Shown here in pieces: positions 7,182 through 15,161 of a stretch of DNA of 15,161 nt; positions within the stretch are counted from its first letter, which is position 1; every line of letters begins with the position of its first letter. The notes beneath the pieces were generated by a model that saw only the letters and a program-made list of their open reading frames with translations, was not told the origin of the DNA and did not search any database. Both the position numbers and the translations under genes were made by a program. The stretch spans positions 1-15,161 of the forward strand of contig JAYUVP010000297.1 of assembly GCA_043753995.1 (NCBI GenBank), written 5' to 3'. The DNA is from Fibrobacterota bacterium (GTDB taxonomy: Bacteria; Fibrobacterota; Fibrobacteria; UBA11236).

Positions 7182-9523
7182 TAAATATTGTCCGGAATCC
7201 CTCCTTTCTTCCTAAGCGGAGTGCCGCCCGCCTTTTCTCCCTGGCTTTGCTGTTTTGGGGCCTGGTTCCTGCTTTTGCGGGCTTCGGCCCCACGGTTTCG
7301 CAATTGCCCCGTATTGCCGACAGTCGGCTCGATTCGGCGCTAGCCCGTACGGCGCGCGGCATTATTCTCAACAATGTCGATTTCTATACCGACGGCTTGG
7401 TGCACCGACCGAATTCCGAAGAGCCTGGCGATGCGGTTTCCGAAGGCCAGGCCTATGGCATGATTGTCGCCTTATATGCAGGCGATCAGGCCAATTTCGA
7501 TCGCATTTGGGATGCCGCCGAAAAAACCATGTGGAGCGAAGAAGCCAAGCTCTATAACTGGCGAGTGGGCGCTAAGGGTGGCCTTATCGGTACGGGCATG
7601 GCCACCGACGCCGATCAAGACATTGCCCTCATGCTACTCTTCGCCGACTCGCTCGCCAAGAAAGGCGTGTGGAAAGCGCATACAAGCCCTAAGAGCGCGA
7701 GCTATAAAAAGCGCGCCTTGGATATTATTAATTCGATCTGGAATAGCGCCGTTGAGGAGGGGAAATATCTGGCTCCCGGAGCGGGATGGGGCGGTAAAGC
7801 CTTTGTGAATCCGGGCTATTTCTCGCCCGCTTCGTATAAAATCTTCGCCCAAGTCGATCCCAATCACGATTGGAAAGGCGTGGTGGACCAATGCTATCGC
7901 ACGCTTTCTCTCAGCCCTGGTGTCGGCAAGGGCTTGCTCCCCGATTGGATGGTGCCCGACGGTACTTATTACAATGGCTCGCTGGGCTACAATGCCTTTC
8001 GCAGTGGTAAGGCCATGTATAAGGACGCCATACGCGTGCACTGGCGCTTGGCTATGGATTGGCTTTGGTTCGGTGATGCTCGCGCTAAGACCTGGCTCGA
8101 TTCGGCGACGGCCTTTATCGTTTCACCCGATCGCGCCAACTTCTATACCATGGATGGCTTGGTATTACCGGTAACCGACACGTTTACTTTGGGCAGCGGG
8201 GAAAAGCGCTCCCGCCGCGAGTATAGCGAGCTTACCGTGGGCATGTGGGCTTGCGCGCCATTTGTTTCCAAAGGGCCCATCGAATCCAAGCCTTGGGCCG
8301 AGGCTCTGCTTAAATTCGCCCCCGAAACCACGGGATTATGGGGCAAGACCAGCGACGCCACCTTGCCTGATCTGGATGGCTCGACGCCCAATGAAGAATA
8401 TTTCGAGCAATTCCTGGCTTGGTTCGGTTGCGCTACCTTGGCGGGCCGCTTCTCGAATATCTGGGAAGACCTGGACGATCCCCTACCGGGCGTGGCCCTG
8501 GCCTGGTCTTCGCCACTTAGCGCCACTCCCGACGAATTGGATTTTCAGAAAGCCCCGCTGCGCGTGTCCGGCGCTTTCAATAAGCCCGTCACTTGGATGT
8601 TACAGGTAACCCATCATGCCACCGGCGCGGCCTGGTCCTACTCGGATCGCGGACAGAATATCTCCGTCGATTGGACGGGCTTCGATGCCGCAGGCAAGCG
8701 CTTTCCCCAGGGCTGGTGCCTGGTGCGCGTCTCCGCGCGTGGCATGACCGACGCCGTGCAGTGGGTGTGGTTGGCGCATCATCGCGATTTACGCCTCGAT
8801 GCGACCTGGCTACTCGTCGACGATTTTTCCGGCCCCACCTTGCAGCCCAATCTCGGCTCCTGGAGCACCTTCAATAATTCGAAGGGCGGAGGCAATGCCA
8901 AGGTTGGTCCGCTGGTGCCTAGCGGAACGGGCGCGGAAAGCCATCTTCCCTGGACCTTCGATCTAGGTACGGGTGGCTATCAATATTGCGGCGTGGAATG
9001 GCAAAGCGGAGGATGGGCTGGCCTCGCTGGCGCCGACAAGATCAGCTTTCGTGCCAAGGCCGCCCAGAAAACCGTGGTGGATTTTCACATGATGCAAACC
9101 AATATCACCGACGACAATTATTTCGGGGCTTTGGATACGCTCACCACCACGTGGAAGGTCTTTGAACATAAGCTCTCCGACCTGCGCGGCCGTCTCGGCC
9201 AACGCGATGGAAAGGCCGACGCGACCAAAGCCAATGGCTTTCACTGGCATGTGCAATTCGATAAGAATCCCGACGCGGCCACGGGTTCGGTGATGATCGA
9301 TGACCTCAAAATCGGCGGCAATCTCACGGCCATGTATGCAGCCCCCGAGGCGGCCTTGGCCAAGACCGGACCTCCTCCGGCACTCGGCATCAAGTCTCCT
9401 GGGCGTGGTAGCAAATCGCGAGCGCGGGGCAAGAAGTCGCGCAAGGTGGGTAGCGCGGTAGTTACCCCCGAGGGGAATGCTTTTTTGGTTTCGGGGCGGA
9501 TGGAGCGGGTTGAAGAGCCTTGA
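7178..9523 (+). CDS. Secreted modular GH8 glycanase (GH8 + FlgD-type Ig-like module + CBM11-like module + basic tail)
   Basis: Signal peptide RLFSLALLFWGLVPAFA. GH8 motifs AVSEGQAYGM, ATDADQDIA, NPGYFSP, LLPDW and YKDAIRVHWR. These are followed by VDWTGFDAAGKRFPQG (FlgD-Ig-like) and LLVDDFSG...ISFRAK...GSVMIDDLKI (CBM11-like beta-sandwich). GTG 7172 is an alternative start. Confidence 0.88.
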   Translation: MLNIVRNPSFLPKRSAARLFSLALLFWGLVPAFAGFGPTVSQLPRIADSRLDSALARTARGIILNNVDFYTDGLVHRPNSEEPGDAVSEGQAYGMIVALYAGDQANFDRIWDAAEKTMWSEEAKLYNWRVGAKGGLIGTGMATDADQDIALMLLFADSLAKKGVWKAHTSPKSASYKKRALDIINSIWNSAVEEGKYLAPGAGWGGKAFVNPGYFSPASYKIFAQVDPNHDWKGVVDQCYRTLSLSPGVGKGLLPDWMVPDGTYYNGSLGYNAFRSGKAMYKDAIRVHWRLAMDWLWFGDARAKTWLDSATAFIVSPDRANFYTMDGLVLPVTDTFTLGSGEKRSRREYSELTVGMWACAPFVSKGPIESKPWAEALLKFAPETTGLWGKTSDATLPDLDGSTPNEEYFEQFLAWFGCATLAGRFSNIWEDLDDPLPGVALAWSSPLSATPDELDFQKAPLRVSGAFNKPVTWMLQVTHHATGAAWSYSDRGQNISVDWTGFDAAGKRFPQGWCLVRVSARGMTDAVQWVWLAHHRDLRLDATWLLVDDFSGPTLQPNLGSWSTFNNSKGGGNAKVGPLVPSGTGAESHLPWTFDLGTGGYQYCGVEWQSGGWAGLAGADKISFRAKAAQKTVVDFHMMQTNITDDNYFGALDTLTTTWKVFEHKLSDLRGRLGQRDGKADATKANGFHWHVQFDKNPDAATGSVMIDDLKIGGNLTAMYAAPEAALAKTGPPPALGIKSPGRGSKSRARGKKSRKVGSAVVTPEGNAFLVSGRMERVEEP

Positions 9524-10499
9524 GACCTTGGCCTAGGATTTGAGTCACTTCGGTCTTTAAATGCACAGGTTCGATGGCCACCAGACCGTCAGCCCATCGG
9601 CATAGGTCACGGACCAGTTCCCTGGAATCGCCGAAGGGAAAGCGGACTTGCCAATGTCCTTCGGGTAGCCATTCCGCCACCTGCTTTGGATGCCATGCCT
9701 CTCTCGAAGCTAGGCGCGCCGCGATTCCATGAAAACGGATCTTGGCTTGGTACTTCGCCTTCCCGGAAAAAATGCCATAGGCTTCGGTGAAGAACCGCTC
9801 TCCCTCGGCTTCATTCACCTTTATGGCCGATTCGTCCACAACTTTGGCGGTGATGATTTGGGACAAGGAAAAAGATCGCAAGGCATTCCGAAGATGACAA
9901 TGAGCGTCGATATACCAATTGTCGCGATAACGAACTAAACGGATAGGAGAAATGATTCGAGTCGTTTCGCTCTCGATTTCCATTTCTTTCTTCATTTCCA
10001 TTCCCGACAGAGCCGAACGATATTGAATCACCATGCGTCGATTGGAATGCAGGGCGGAAAGCGTGCATTGCAGTAGGCCTTCGGATACAACGCGCTCGCC
10101 CATGGGAACAAAGCGCACCTTGTCCCGCCACTGAGTGATGTCTTCACCCAAGCGCGAGGACCAAAGCGAAAGCTTTTCGCGCAAGCCAGGCATCAGCGAT
10201 TTCAGCGGGCCTTTTTCTCCTCTTCCCAAACTTTGGACAAGCCCAAGTAGCAAGGTCCATTCATCGTGGTTTAGCCAGGTTCCGGGCAGCTCTAAAGTAT
10301 TTTTATTGGCGTAACGATATGTCTGGCTTTGGCGATCAAATTCGATAGGCGCATTGAAGGCTTCGCGCAATTCTTTGAAGAGTCGAAAAGCTGTCGGCCT
10401 GGAAATGCGGAGTGTGCTAAGAATGCGACTGAGACTGACACCGCGCGGGGCAGAAGCGAGGAGGCGGTGCATTTGGAAAAGGGGTTGGGGTCTGGGCAT
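9462..10499 (-). CDS. HTH-WYL-WCX transcriptional regulator (YafY/PafBC/DriD-like architecture)
   Basis: N-terminal winged HTH (LSTLRISRPTAFRLFKELREAFNAPIEFDR..Y.Y), a WYL core (IQYRS..TTRIISPIRLVRYRDNWYIDAHCHLRNALRSFSLSQI) and a WCX-like C-terminus (WHPKQ...VAIEPVHLKTEV). 345 aa, divergent from cas3. Confidence 0.93.
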   Translation of the reverse strand: MPRPQPLFQMHRLLASAPRGVSLSRILSTLRISRPTAFRLFKELREAFNAPIEFDRQSQTYRYANKNTLELPGTWLNHDEWTLLLGLVQSLGRGEKGPLKSLMPGLREKLSLWSSRLGEDITQWRDKVRFVPMGERVVSEGLLQCTLSALHSNRRMVIQYRSALSGMEMKKEMEIESETTRIISPIRLVRYRDNWYIDAHCHLRNALRSFSLSQIITAKVVDESAIKVNEAEGERFFTEAYGIFSGKAKYQAKIRFHGIAARLASREAWHPKQVAEWLPEGHWQVRFPFGDSRELVRDLCRWADGLVAIEPVHLKTEVTQILGQGLKALQPAPSAPKPKKHSPRG

Positions 10500-10522
10500 A
10501 GATGTTCCGGGAATGGATACGG

Positions 10523-10551
10523 ATAGTAGGAAAATAGAGGGATAGTATCAG
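10523..10551 (-). promoter_or_regulatory. Candidate sigma70-type promoter of the WYL gene
   Basis: Minus strand CTGATA (10551-10546), 17-nt spacer, TACTAT (10528-10523), ending 23 nt upstream of ATG 10499. Confidence 0.45.
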
Positions 10552-10561
10552 GTAGTGAGAC
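10545..10561. promoter_or_regulatory. Candidate WYL-regulator operator, copy 1
   Basis: GTATCA-ggtag-TGAGAC, one mismatch from the perfect palindrome GTCTCA-N5-TGAGAC. It overlaps the putative WYL -35. Confidence 0.55.
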
Positions 10562-10656
10562 GCTTGTGAATTTCTTTAATCATTTGCTTGTTAAAGTGGG
10601 CTCTGTGGTAAAGATATTTTTCCAGACAAGTTGTCACGCTGCATTTTCATAAGACG

Positions 10657-10770
10657 CTAGGGTGTGGGTCCGGAAATACGAAGGGTTTTGAGGGCCTGAC
10701 TCAGGCTGTATGCGCGTTGGGCTGAGGCGAGGAGGTGTTGCAGTTGAAAGATAGGTTGCGGTCTGGGCAC
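10657..10770 (-). pseudogene. Truncated paralogue of the WYL regulator N-terminus (partial HTH)
   Basis: GTG 10770 translates as MPRPQPIFQLQHLLASAQRAYSLSQALKTLRISGPTP*, versus intact MPRPQPLFQMHRLLASAPRGVSLSRILSTLRISRPTA (25/37 identical by hand count). Weak similarity continues past the TAG (RLMKMQRD vs RLFKELRE). Confidence 0.85.
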
Positions 10771-10815
10771 TCAAGTTCCGGAAATCGATACGGAAGGGAG
10801 GAAAAAAGTTGGAGT

Positions 10816-10848
10816 GACTCAAGTGGTGAGACTCTAGTGAATTATCTT
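10816..10848 (+). promoter_or_regulatory. Candidate WYL operator copy 2 plus -10 element of the cas promoter
   Basis: GACTCA-agtgg-TGAGAC (10816-10832), then exactly 10 nt, then TATCTT (10843-10848, TAnnnT), just upstream of the cas3 stub. Confidence 0.55.
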
Positions 10849-10862
10849 ACCCTGAATACCCG

Positions 10863-11063
10863 ATGAAGGCGAGCGTAATGCCGGTCGAGAACCAGATTGC
10901 ACATGTGAAGCAGCTTCCCTCAGGGGAATGGCGAGAACACTCACTGGAAGAACACCTTAAAATGGTCACTTCCGGCGCGGGCTCGGCGGCGGCACATTTT
11001 GGGGCTGAAGAGTGGGGCTTCCTCGCTGGGCTTTGGCAGAAAAACGATAACTCGGATGAATAA
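10863..11063 (+). pseudogene. cas3: 5' stub of a second, divergent cas3 (start of the HD domain only)
   Basis: QIAHVKQLPSGEWREHSLEEHLKMV...AAHFGAEEWGFLAGLW matches the typical Cas3 HD N-terminus and parallels IAHVRK...SLKEHLSGV...[12 protein letters not shown] of the downstream gene. It breaks where HDLGK is expected. The start is ATG 10863 or ATG 10878. Confidence 0.8.
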
Positions 11064-13557
11064 AAGCGAACAATATATCGCGCACGTTCGCAAGCACGAC
11101 AAGGAGGATACCCAATCTCTTAAAGAGCATCTTTCCGGAGTTGCGGCTCTTTCAAGTGAGTTTGCATCCAAATTGGGCTTAGGCCTACCTGGTGAATTAA
11201 TTGGGTTATTGCATGACCTAGGAAAATACAGCCAGCAATTCCAAAACTACCTGAAATCAGCCACCAATATCCTCAACCCAGATGAAGACGATGAATTCGT
11301 TGATTCGAAGGGTCTTAAAGGAAAGATCGATCACTCGACTTCCGGTGCGCAATTGATCTGGCAAGAGCTTTCAAAAATAGATGAGCTGGGCCAAGTTGTC
11401 GGTCAAATCCTAGCGCTTTGTGTTGCTTCGCACCACTCCGGCTTAATCGACTGCCTTTCATCCGACTCGACGAATCCCGTTTCCGATAATTTCTCCAGAC
11501 GAATGGAAAAGCCAGATGCAAAGACTCACTTAACGGAGGCTTTGGAAAATGTCGACCATGAAATCCGGGAAAGATTTCAGGCCATCCTTAAAAACAAAGA
11601 GTTGACCCAAGGTATTCGACATATAATCGACAGGATTGTCAAACGCTCCCCAAATTTTATCCTTCAAGACCCATTGGGCCTTAAAGATATTGTGGCTCAA
11701 TTCCAAATAGGATTGATGGTACGTCTACTTTTCAGTCAGTTGGTTGACGCAGATAGGATTGACTCTGCGAATTTTGAAGATCCTAGTGCAGCATATCATA
11801 GGAGGGGAAGGCATTACACCGAATGGGGGAAACTGAGTACTCGTTTAGAGGTGCACCTATCCTCACTTTCGGGCCAAAGTCAGATTAATGAGATACGTAA
11901 GGATATTTCCAACCATTGCCTAAATGCTGCTCAGCGCGTCAAGGGTGTGTACACCTTGACCGTTCCTACCGGGGGCGGAAAAACTCTGGCCAGTTTGCGT
12001 TTCGCACTGAACCACGCTAAGAATCATAGTCTAGATCGTATTGTCTATGTAATCCCTTTTACTTCTATCATTGACCAAAATGCTGATGTAGCTCGACAAA
12101 TCCTTGAGCCTGATGAGTTCCCGGAAGATAAAGGTCGAATTGTTTTGGAGCACCATTCTAATCTGGGTCATGAGGTTCAAAGCTGGCGCGAAAAATTGAT
12201 GACTGAAAATTGGGATGCGCCTGTTATTTTTACCACAAGCGTCCAATTTTTAGAAGCACTTTTCGGATCCGGCACACGCGGAGCGCGGAGAATGCATAGG
12301 CTCGCCAACTCTGTTATAATCTTCGATGAAATCCAAACCTTACCTATAAAATGCGTCCACATTTTTAACAATTCCATCAACTTCCTGGTCGAGCAATGCG
12401 GGAGCACCGTTGTTTTATGCACGGCCACTCAACCTCTACTTCACAAAGTAGAAGTGAAAAAAGGCTCAATCCGTCTCACCGATAAATCCGAGATTATGCC
12501 AGATGTTCGAACCCTTTTTGATTCGCTTAAACGTGTGGAAATTAGCGATAAACGAAAGCCCGGTGGATGGAACATCGAAGACACTGCAAGTCTCGCTATC
12601 AATGAAATGAAAGAGTCGGGTAGCTGTCTGGTCGTTGTGAATACCAAAAAAGCTGCGCGCGAACTGTACAGTAATATTGAAGGCCAAGTATCAAACTCAA
12701 TATTTCATTTGAGTACCAGCATGTGCCCTGTGCATCGGAGATCGGTTTTGAAAAATATCCGACATCATTTGGATGCCGGTAATCGGGTTCTCTGCCTGAG
12801 CACACAACTAATTGAAGCTGGGGTCGATGTGGACTTCGGATCAGTTATCCGGTATGCCGCAGGAATGGATTCAATTGCCCAAGCCGCTGGCCGCTGTAAT
12901 CGCAACGGAAAGCGTGAAATCGGGACCGTTCATATTGTCAATCCTGCGGATGAAAATTTGAAAAATCTTGAGGACATCCGTATCGGCCTCGAGAAAGCCG
13001 AGCGGGTGTTAGATGATTTTAAGCGAGATGCTGGAAGATTCGGTGGCCACCTGCTGAGTAAAGAGGTAATGGACTGGTATTATGAAAACTATTTTTACAG
13101 TCGTAAAAATGAAATGGATTACCGAATTGAGGGGCGGGGCGACACGATTTTAAATCTGCTATCTCTAAACTCAATACTGGTTGGCGACTACAAGCGGGCC
13201 CAACGTAAATCGCCGACCCATTATTTGCGCCACTCATTCATGGCGGCTGCCAGAGCTTTTCGAGCAATCGATGCCCCGACACAAGGAGTCATTGTTCAAT
13301 ATGACAAGGCGGGGAAGGATTTAGTTGCTGAGCTTTGCGGCGCTTTTGAATTAGAAAAACAAACAAAGCTCTTACGTCAAGCCCAGCAATATACGGTGAA
13401 TGTTTTTCCCCATGAATTTAAGAAGTTACTGGGCGAAGAAGCGGCTCTCGAAGTTCAGGCCGATTCTGGAGTCTATTACCTAAGTGAACGGTATTACAGC
13501 AATGAATTCGGTCTTTCCACTATTCCGGTTTCAGGTGAGGAGTTTCTAAATGTCTGA
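11056..13557 (+). CDS. cas3: CRISPR-associated HD nuclease/helicase Cas3 (type I-C)
   Basis: HD-domain motifs IAH, EHL, LHDLGK, DHST, HHSGL and [10 protein letters not shown]2 helicase motifs [27 protein letters not shown] and [13 protein letters not shown] 11056 ([10 protein letters not shown]) is preferred over TTG 10999. Confidence 0.97.
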   Translation: MNKSEQYIAHVRKHDKEDTQSLKEHLSGVAALSSEFASKLGLGLPGELIGLLHDLGKYSQQFQNYLKSATNILNPDEDDEFVDSKGLKGKIDHSTSGAQLIWQELSKIDELGQVVGQILALCVASHHSGLIDCLSSDSTNPVSDNFSRRMEKPDAKTHLTEALENVDHEIRERFQAILKNKELTQGIRHIIDRIVKRSPNFILQDPLGLKDIVAQFQIGLMVRLLFSQLVDADRIDSANFEDPSAAYHRRGRHYTEWGKLSTRLEVHLSSLSGQSQINEIRKDISNHCLNAAQRVKGVYTLTVPTGGGKTLASLRFALNHAKNHSLDRIVYVIPFTSIIDQNADVARQILEPDEFPEDKGRIVLEHHSNLGHEVQSWREKLMTENWDAPVIFTTSVQFLEALFGSGTRGARRMHRLANSVIIFDEIQTLPIKCVHIFNNSINFLVEQCGSTVVLCTATQPLLHKVEVKKGSIRLTDKSEIMPDVRTLFDSLKRVEISDKRKPGGWNIEDTASLAINEMKESGSCLVVVNTKKAARELYSNIEGQVSNSIFHLSTSMCPVHRRSVLKNIRHHLDAGNRVLCLSTQLIEAGVDVDFGSVIRYAAGMDSIAQAAGRCNRNGKREIGTVHIVNPADENLKNLEDIRIGLEKAERVLDDFKRDAGRFGGHLLSKEVMDWYYENYFYSRKNEMDYRIEGRGDTILNLLSLNSILVGDYKRAQRKSPTHYLRHSFMAAARAFRAIDAPTQGVIVQYDKAGKDLVAELCGAFELEKQTKLLRQAQQYTVNVFPHEFKKLLGEEAALEVQADSGVYYLSERYYSNEFGLSTIPVSGEEFLNV

Positions 13558-14275
13558 CTCGATACGCAATAGTATTGAATTCAAGGTTTGGGGGCGGTAT
13601 GCGCTCTTCACGGACCCATTGACCAAAATTGGCGGGGAAAAGTGCTCCTACCACGTGCCCACCTACGAGGCCCTAAAGGGCATTTGTAAGTCGATATACT
13701 GGAAACCGACTTTTATTTGGGTAGTCGACCAGGTTCGTGTGATAAAGCGCATTCGCACACAAACCAAGGGAACCAAGCCTCTGGAATACGGCGGGGGCAA
13801 CACCTTAGCGATTTACACCTTTTTGGCGGATGTTGAATACCAGGTGCAGGCGCATTTTGAATGGAATAATCATCAACCTGATTTAAAGGCAGATCAAATT
13901 GATGGAAAGCATTTTGAGATTGCGAGACGGTCGCTTGTTCGTGGCGGGCGACAGGATATTTTCCTGGGAACAAGAGATTGCCAGGGCTATGTAGAGCCGT
14001 GTGCCTTTGGTGATGGGAAAGGCGAGTACGATGGAGCAGGGGAATTGGCTTTCGGCTTGATGTTTCATGGCTTCGATTACCCTGAGGAATCCGGATCGCA
14101 AAAGTTGGAATCACGCTTTTGTCGACCCACCATGATTAATGGAGTCATCCGATTTGATCGTCCAGAGGATTGCAGGATGAGAAAATTTGTGAGGGAAATG
14201 GAGATGAAGCGGTTCGGAATTGGCAAAAGCGTCAAATCGGTGGAAACCGAGGCCCACGAGTGGGGTGCAGAATGA
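13550..14275 (+). CDS. cas5: Type I-C Cas5 (Cas5c/Cas5d), pre-crRNA processing subunit
   Basis: Motifs [38 protein letters not shown] and IFLGTRDC. It overlaps the cas3 stop by 8 nt. Confidence 0.95.
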   Translation: MSDSIRNSIEFKVWGRYALFTDPLTKIGGEKCSYHVPTYEALKGICKSIYWKPTFIWVVDQVRVIKRIRTQTKGTKPLEYGGGNTLAIYTFLADVEYQVQAHFEWNNHQPDLKADQIDGKHFEIARRSLVRGGRQDIFLGTRDCQGYVEPCAFGDGKGEYDGAGELAFGLMFHGFDYPEESGSQKLESRFCRPTMINGVIRFDRPEDCRMRKFVREMEMKRFGIGKSVKSVETEAHEWGAE

Positions 14276-15161
14276 GTTGGATACAGAGTCTATACGAGAC
14301 CTATGAAAGATGTGCGGGCAACGAACCTCCAGGTGTCGAACCAATGATGCCAATAGCCCACACCACCCAGCAAGCGCACGTAGAGATTGTAATTGATGAA
14401 ATGGGGAATTTTAGAAGAGCTTCGGTTTTACCGAAAGGCCAGCAAACAACGTTGATCCCATGCACGGATGATTCGGGAGTGCGTTCTGGCAAGAAACCAC
14501 CAAATCACCCTCTTTGCGATAAGCTTCAATACCTCGGGGGCGATTTTGTCAATTTTGGTGGGTCAGTCACTTCGGGGTTTTCTGCAAATCCTACTGAACC
14601 GTATCAAGACTACCTCAAATCCCTTGAGCAATGGTCGAATTCTTCGAACTCACATCCTAAAGTCACAGCCATTCTTTCCTATGTCAGAAAAGGATCGTTG
14701 GTTTGTGATTTGGTACAAAACAAATTGCTACCAATTGAAAATGACGCTCCCAAGTTATTAAGTGAATGGACTGGCCCAAAGGGCACAGAGCCGGAAATTT
14801 TTCGCGCTGTTTCGAATGAACAATCTCCTGAGGATGCATTTGTTCGCTGGCGGGTTGAGGCCCCGGGTGAGCTTTCCACCGGTACCTGGGAGGACGCCGC
14901 ATTAATTGATGCTTGGATTCGATACTATGCAGGGCTTCAAACAGCACGTAATTTTTGCATGGTCCTTGGGGAGGAAAATCTGCTTCCGGACAAACACCCT
15001 AATAAAATCCGCCATGCAGGAGATAAGGCGAAGCTCATTTCTTCGAATGATAAAAATGGCTTTACATTCAGGGGACGTTTTATCGATGATATTCAGGCTG
15101 CCAGCGTTTCTTTTGAGGTCACCCAAAAGGCCCACAATGCTCTCCGATGGCTGATTGGTTC
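14272..15161 (+). CDS. cas8c: Type I-C large subunit Cas8c (Csd1), 3'-partial
   Basis: Missing from the ORF track because it runs off the window. ATGA overlap with the cas5 stop. Manual translation: [12 protein letters not shown]...[19 protein letters not shown]...[19 protein letters not shown]...[15 protein letters not shown]...[11 protein letters not shown], characteristic of Cas8c. Confidence 0.95.
   Translation, partial: MSWIQSLYETYERCAGNEPPGVEPMMPIAHTTQQAHVEIVIDEMGNFRRASVLPKGQQTTLIPCTDDSGVRSGKKPPNHPLCDKLQYLGGDFVNFGGSVTSGFSANPTEPYQDYLKSLEQWSNSSNSHPKVTAILSYVRKGSLVCDLVQNKLLPIENDAPKLLSEWTGPKGTEPEIFRAVSNEQSPEDAFVRWRVEAPGELSTGTWEDAALIDAWIRYYAGLQTARNFCMVLGEENLLPDKHPNKIRHAGDKAKLISSNDKNGFTFRGRFIDDIQAASVSFEVTQKAHNALRWLIG

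Larger units (their letters stand above)
10386..10849. repeat. Diverged direct duplication of about 190 bp (copy 1 ~10386-10578, copy 2 ~10657-10849)
   Basis: Ungapped alignment at offset 271, e.g. ggttggggtctgggca..gttccgggaatggatacgga..aggaaaa..tcaggtagtgagacgcttgtgaatt versus ggttgcggtctgggca..gttccggaaatcgatacgga..aggaaaa..tcaagtggtgagactctagtgaatt. Confidence 0.9.

Noticed and set aside
10634..10822. 62-aa minus-strand ORF in the track
   Set aside because: It is in a different frame from the WYL-homologous fragment (10657-10770), which explains the sequence better.
10500..10862. Possible degenerate CRISPR array or mini-array from the repeated gtgagac..gtgaatt motif
   Set aside because: There are only two copies, 271 bp apart, both embedded in a longer gene-plus-promoter duplication. 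There is no repeat-spacer periodicity and no resemblance to I-C repeats.
10999..11055. TTG-initiated N-terminal extension of Cas3
   Set aside because: It overlaps the cas3 stub in another frame and has no Cas3-like residues. Homology begins after ATG 11056.
9400..11100. Mobile element or att sites bounding the cas island
   Set aside because: I could not see a transposase, integrase, tRNA, terminal inverted repeats or target-site duplication.
10863..11230. Single cas3 split by a frameshift or sequencing error
   Set aside because: The stub and the intact gene each carry their own IAHV..EHL segment, so they are redundant rather than complementary halves.
11315..15154. Short antisense or alternate-frame ORFs within the cas genes as possible anti-CRISPR or accessory genes
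   Set aside because: They are fully nested in well-supported cas frames and have no independent motifs or initiation signals.

Overview
The window has two parts. The left part (1-9523) is a polysaccharide-degrader neighbourhood. It holds the 5' portion of a giant minus-strand secreted protein (>1550 aa, absent from the ORF track because it runs off the window) built from at least five tandem DUF2341 + LamG-like units. It also holds a GH43 endo-arabinanase-like enzyme, a signal-less CelC-like GH5, and a secreted GH8 with Ig-like and CBM11-like modules. Two of the secreted enzymes end in basic '...GR...' tails reminiscent of Fibrobacterota (inference). The right part (9462-15161) is an HTH-WYL-WCX regulator divergent from a type I-C CRISPR-Cas operon (cas3, cas5, partial cas8c); no array lies in the window. 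The most informative stretch is the ~550 bp between WYL and cas3. It contains an ungapped ~190-bp diverged duplicate (offset 271 bp) of the WYL 5' end plus upstream region, two copies of a GTCTCA-N5-TGAGAC-like palindrome placed like a WYL-dependent switch, and a 5' stub of a different cas3 that breaks just before the HD motif and overlaps the intact cas3 start. All calls come from manual motif recognition, not database searches.
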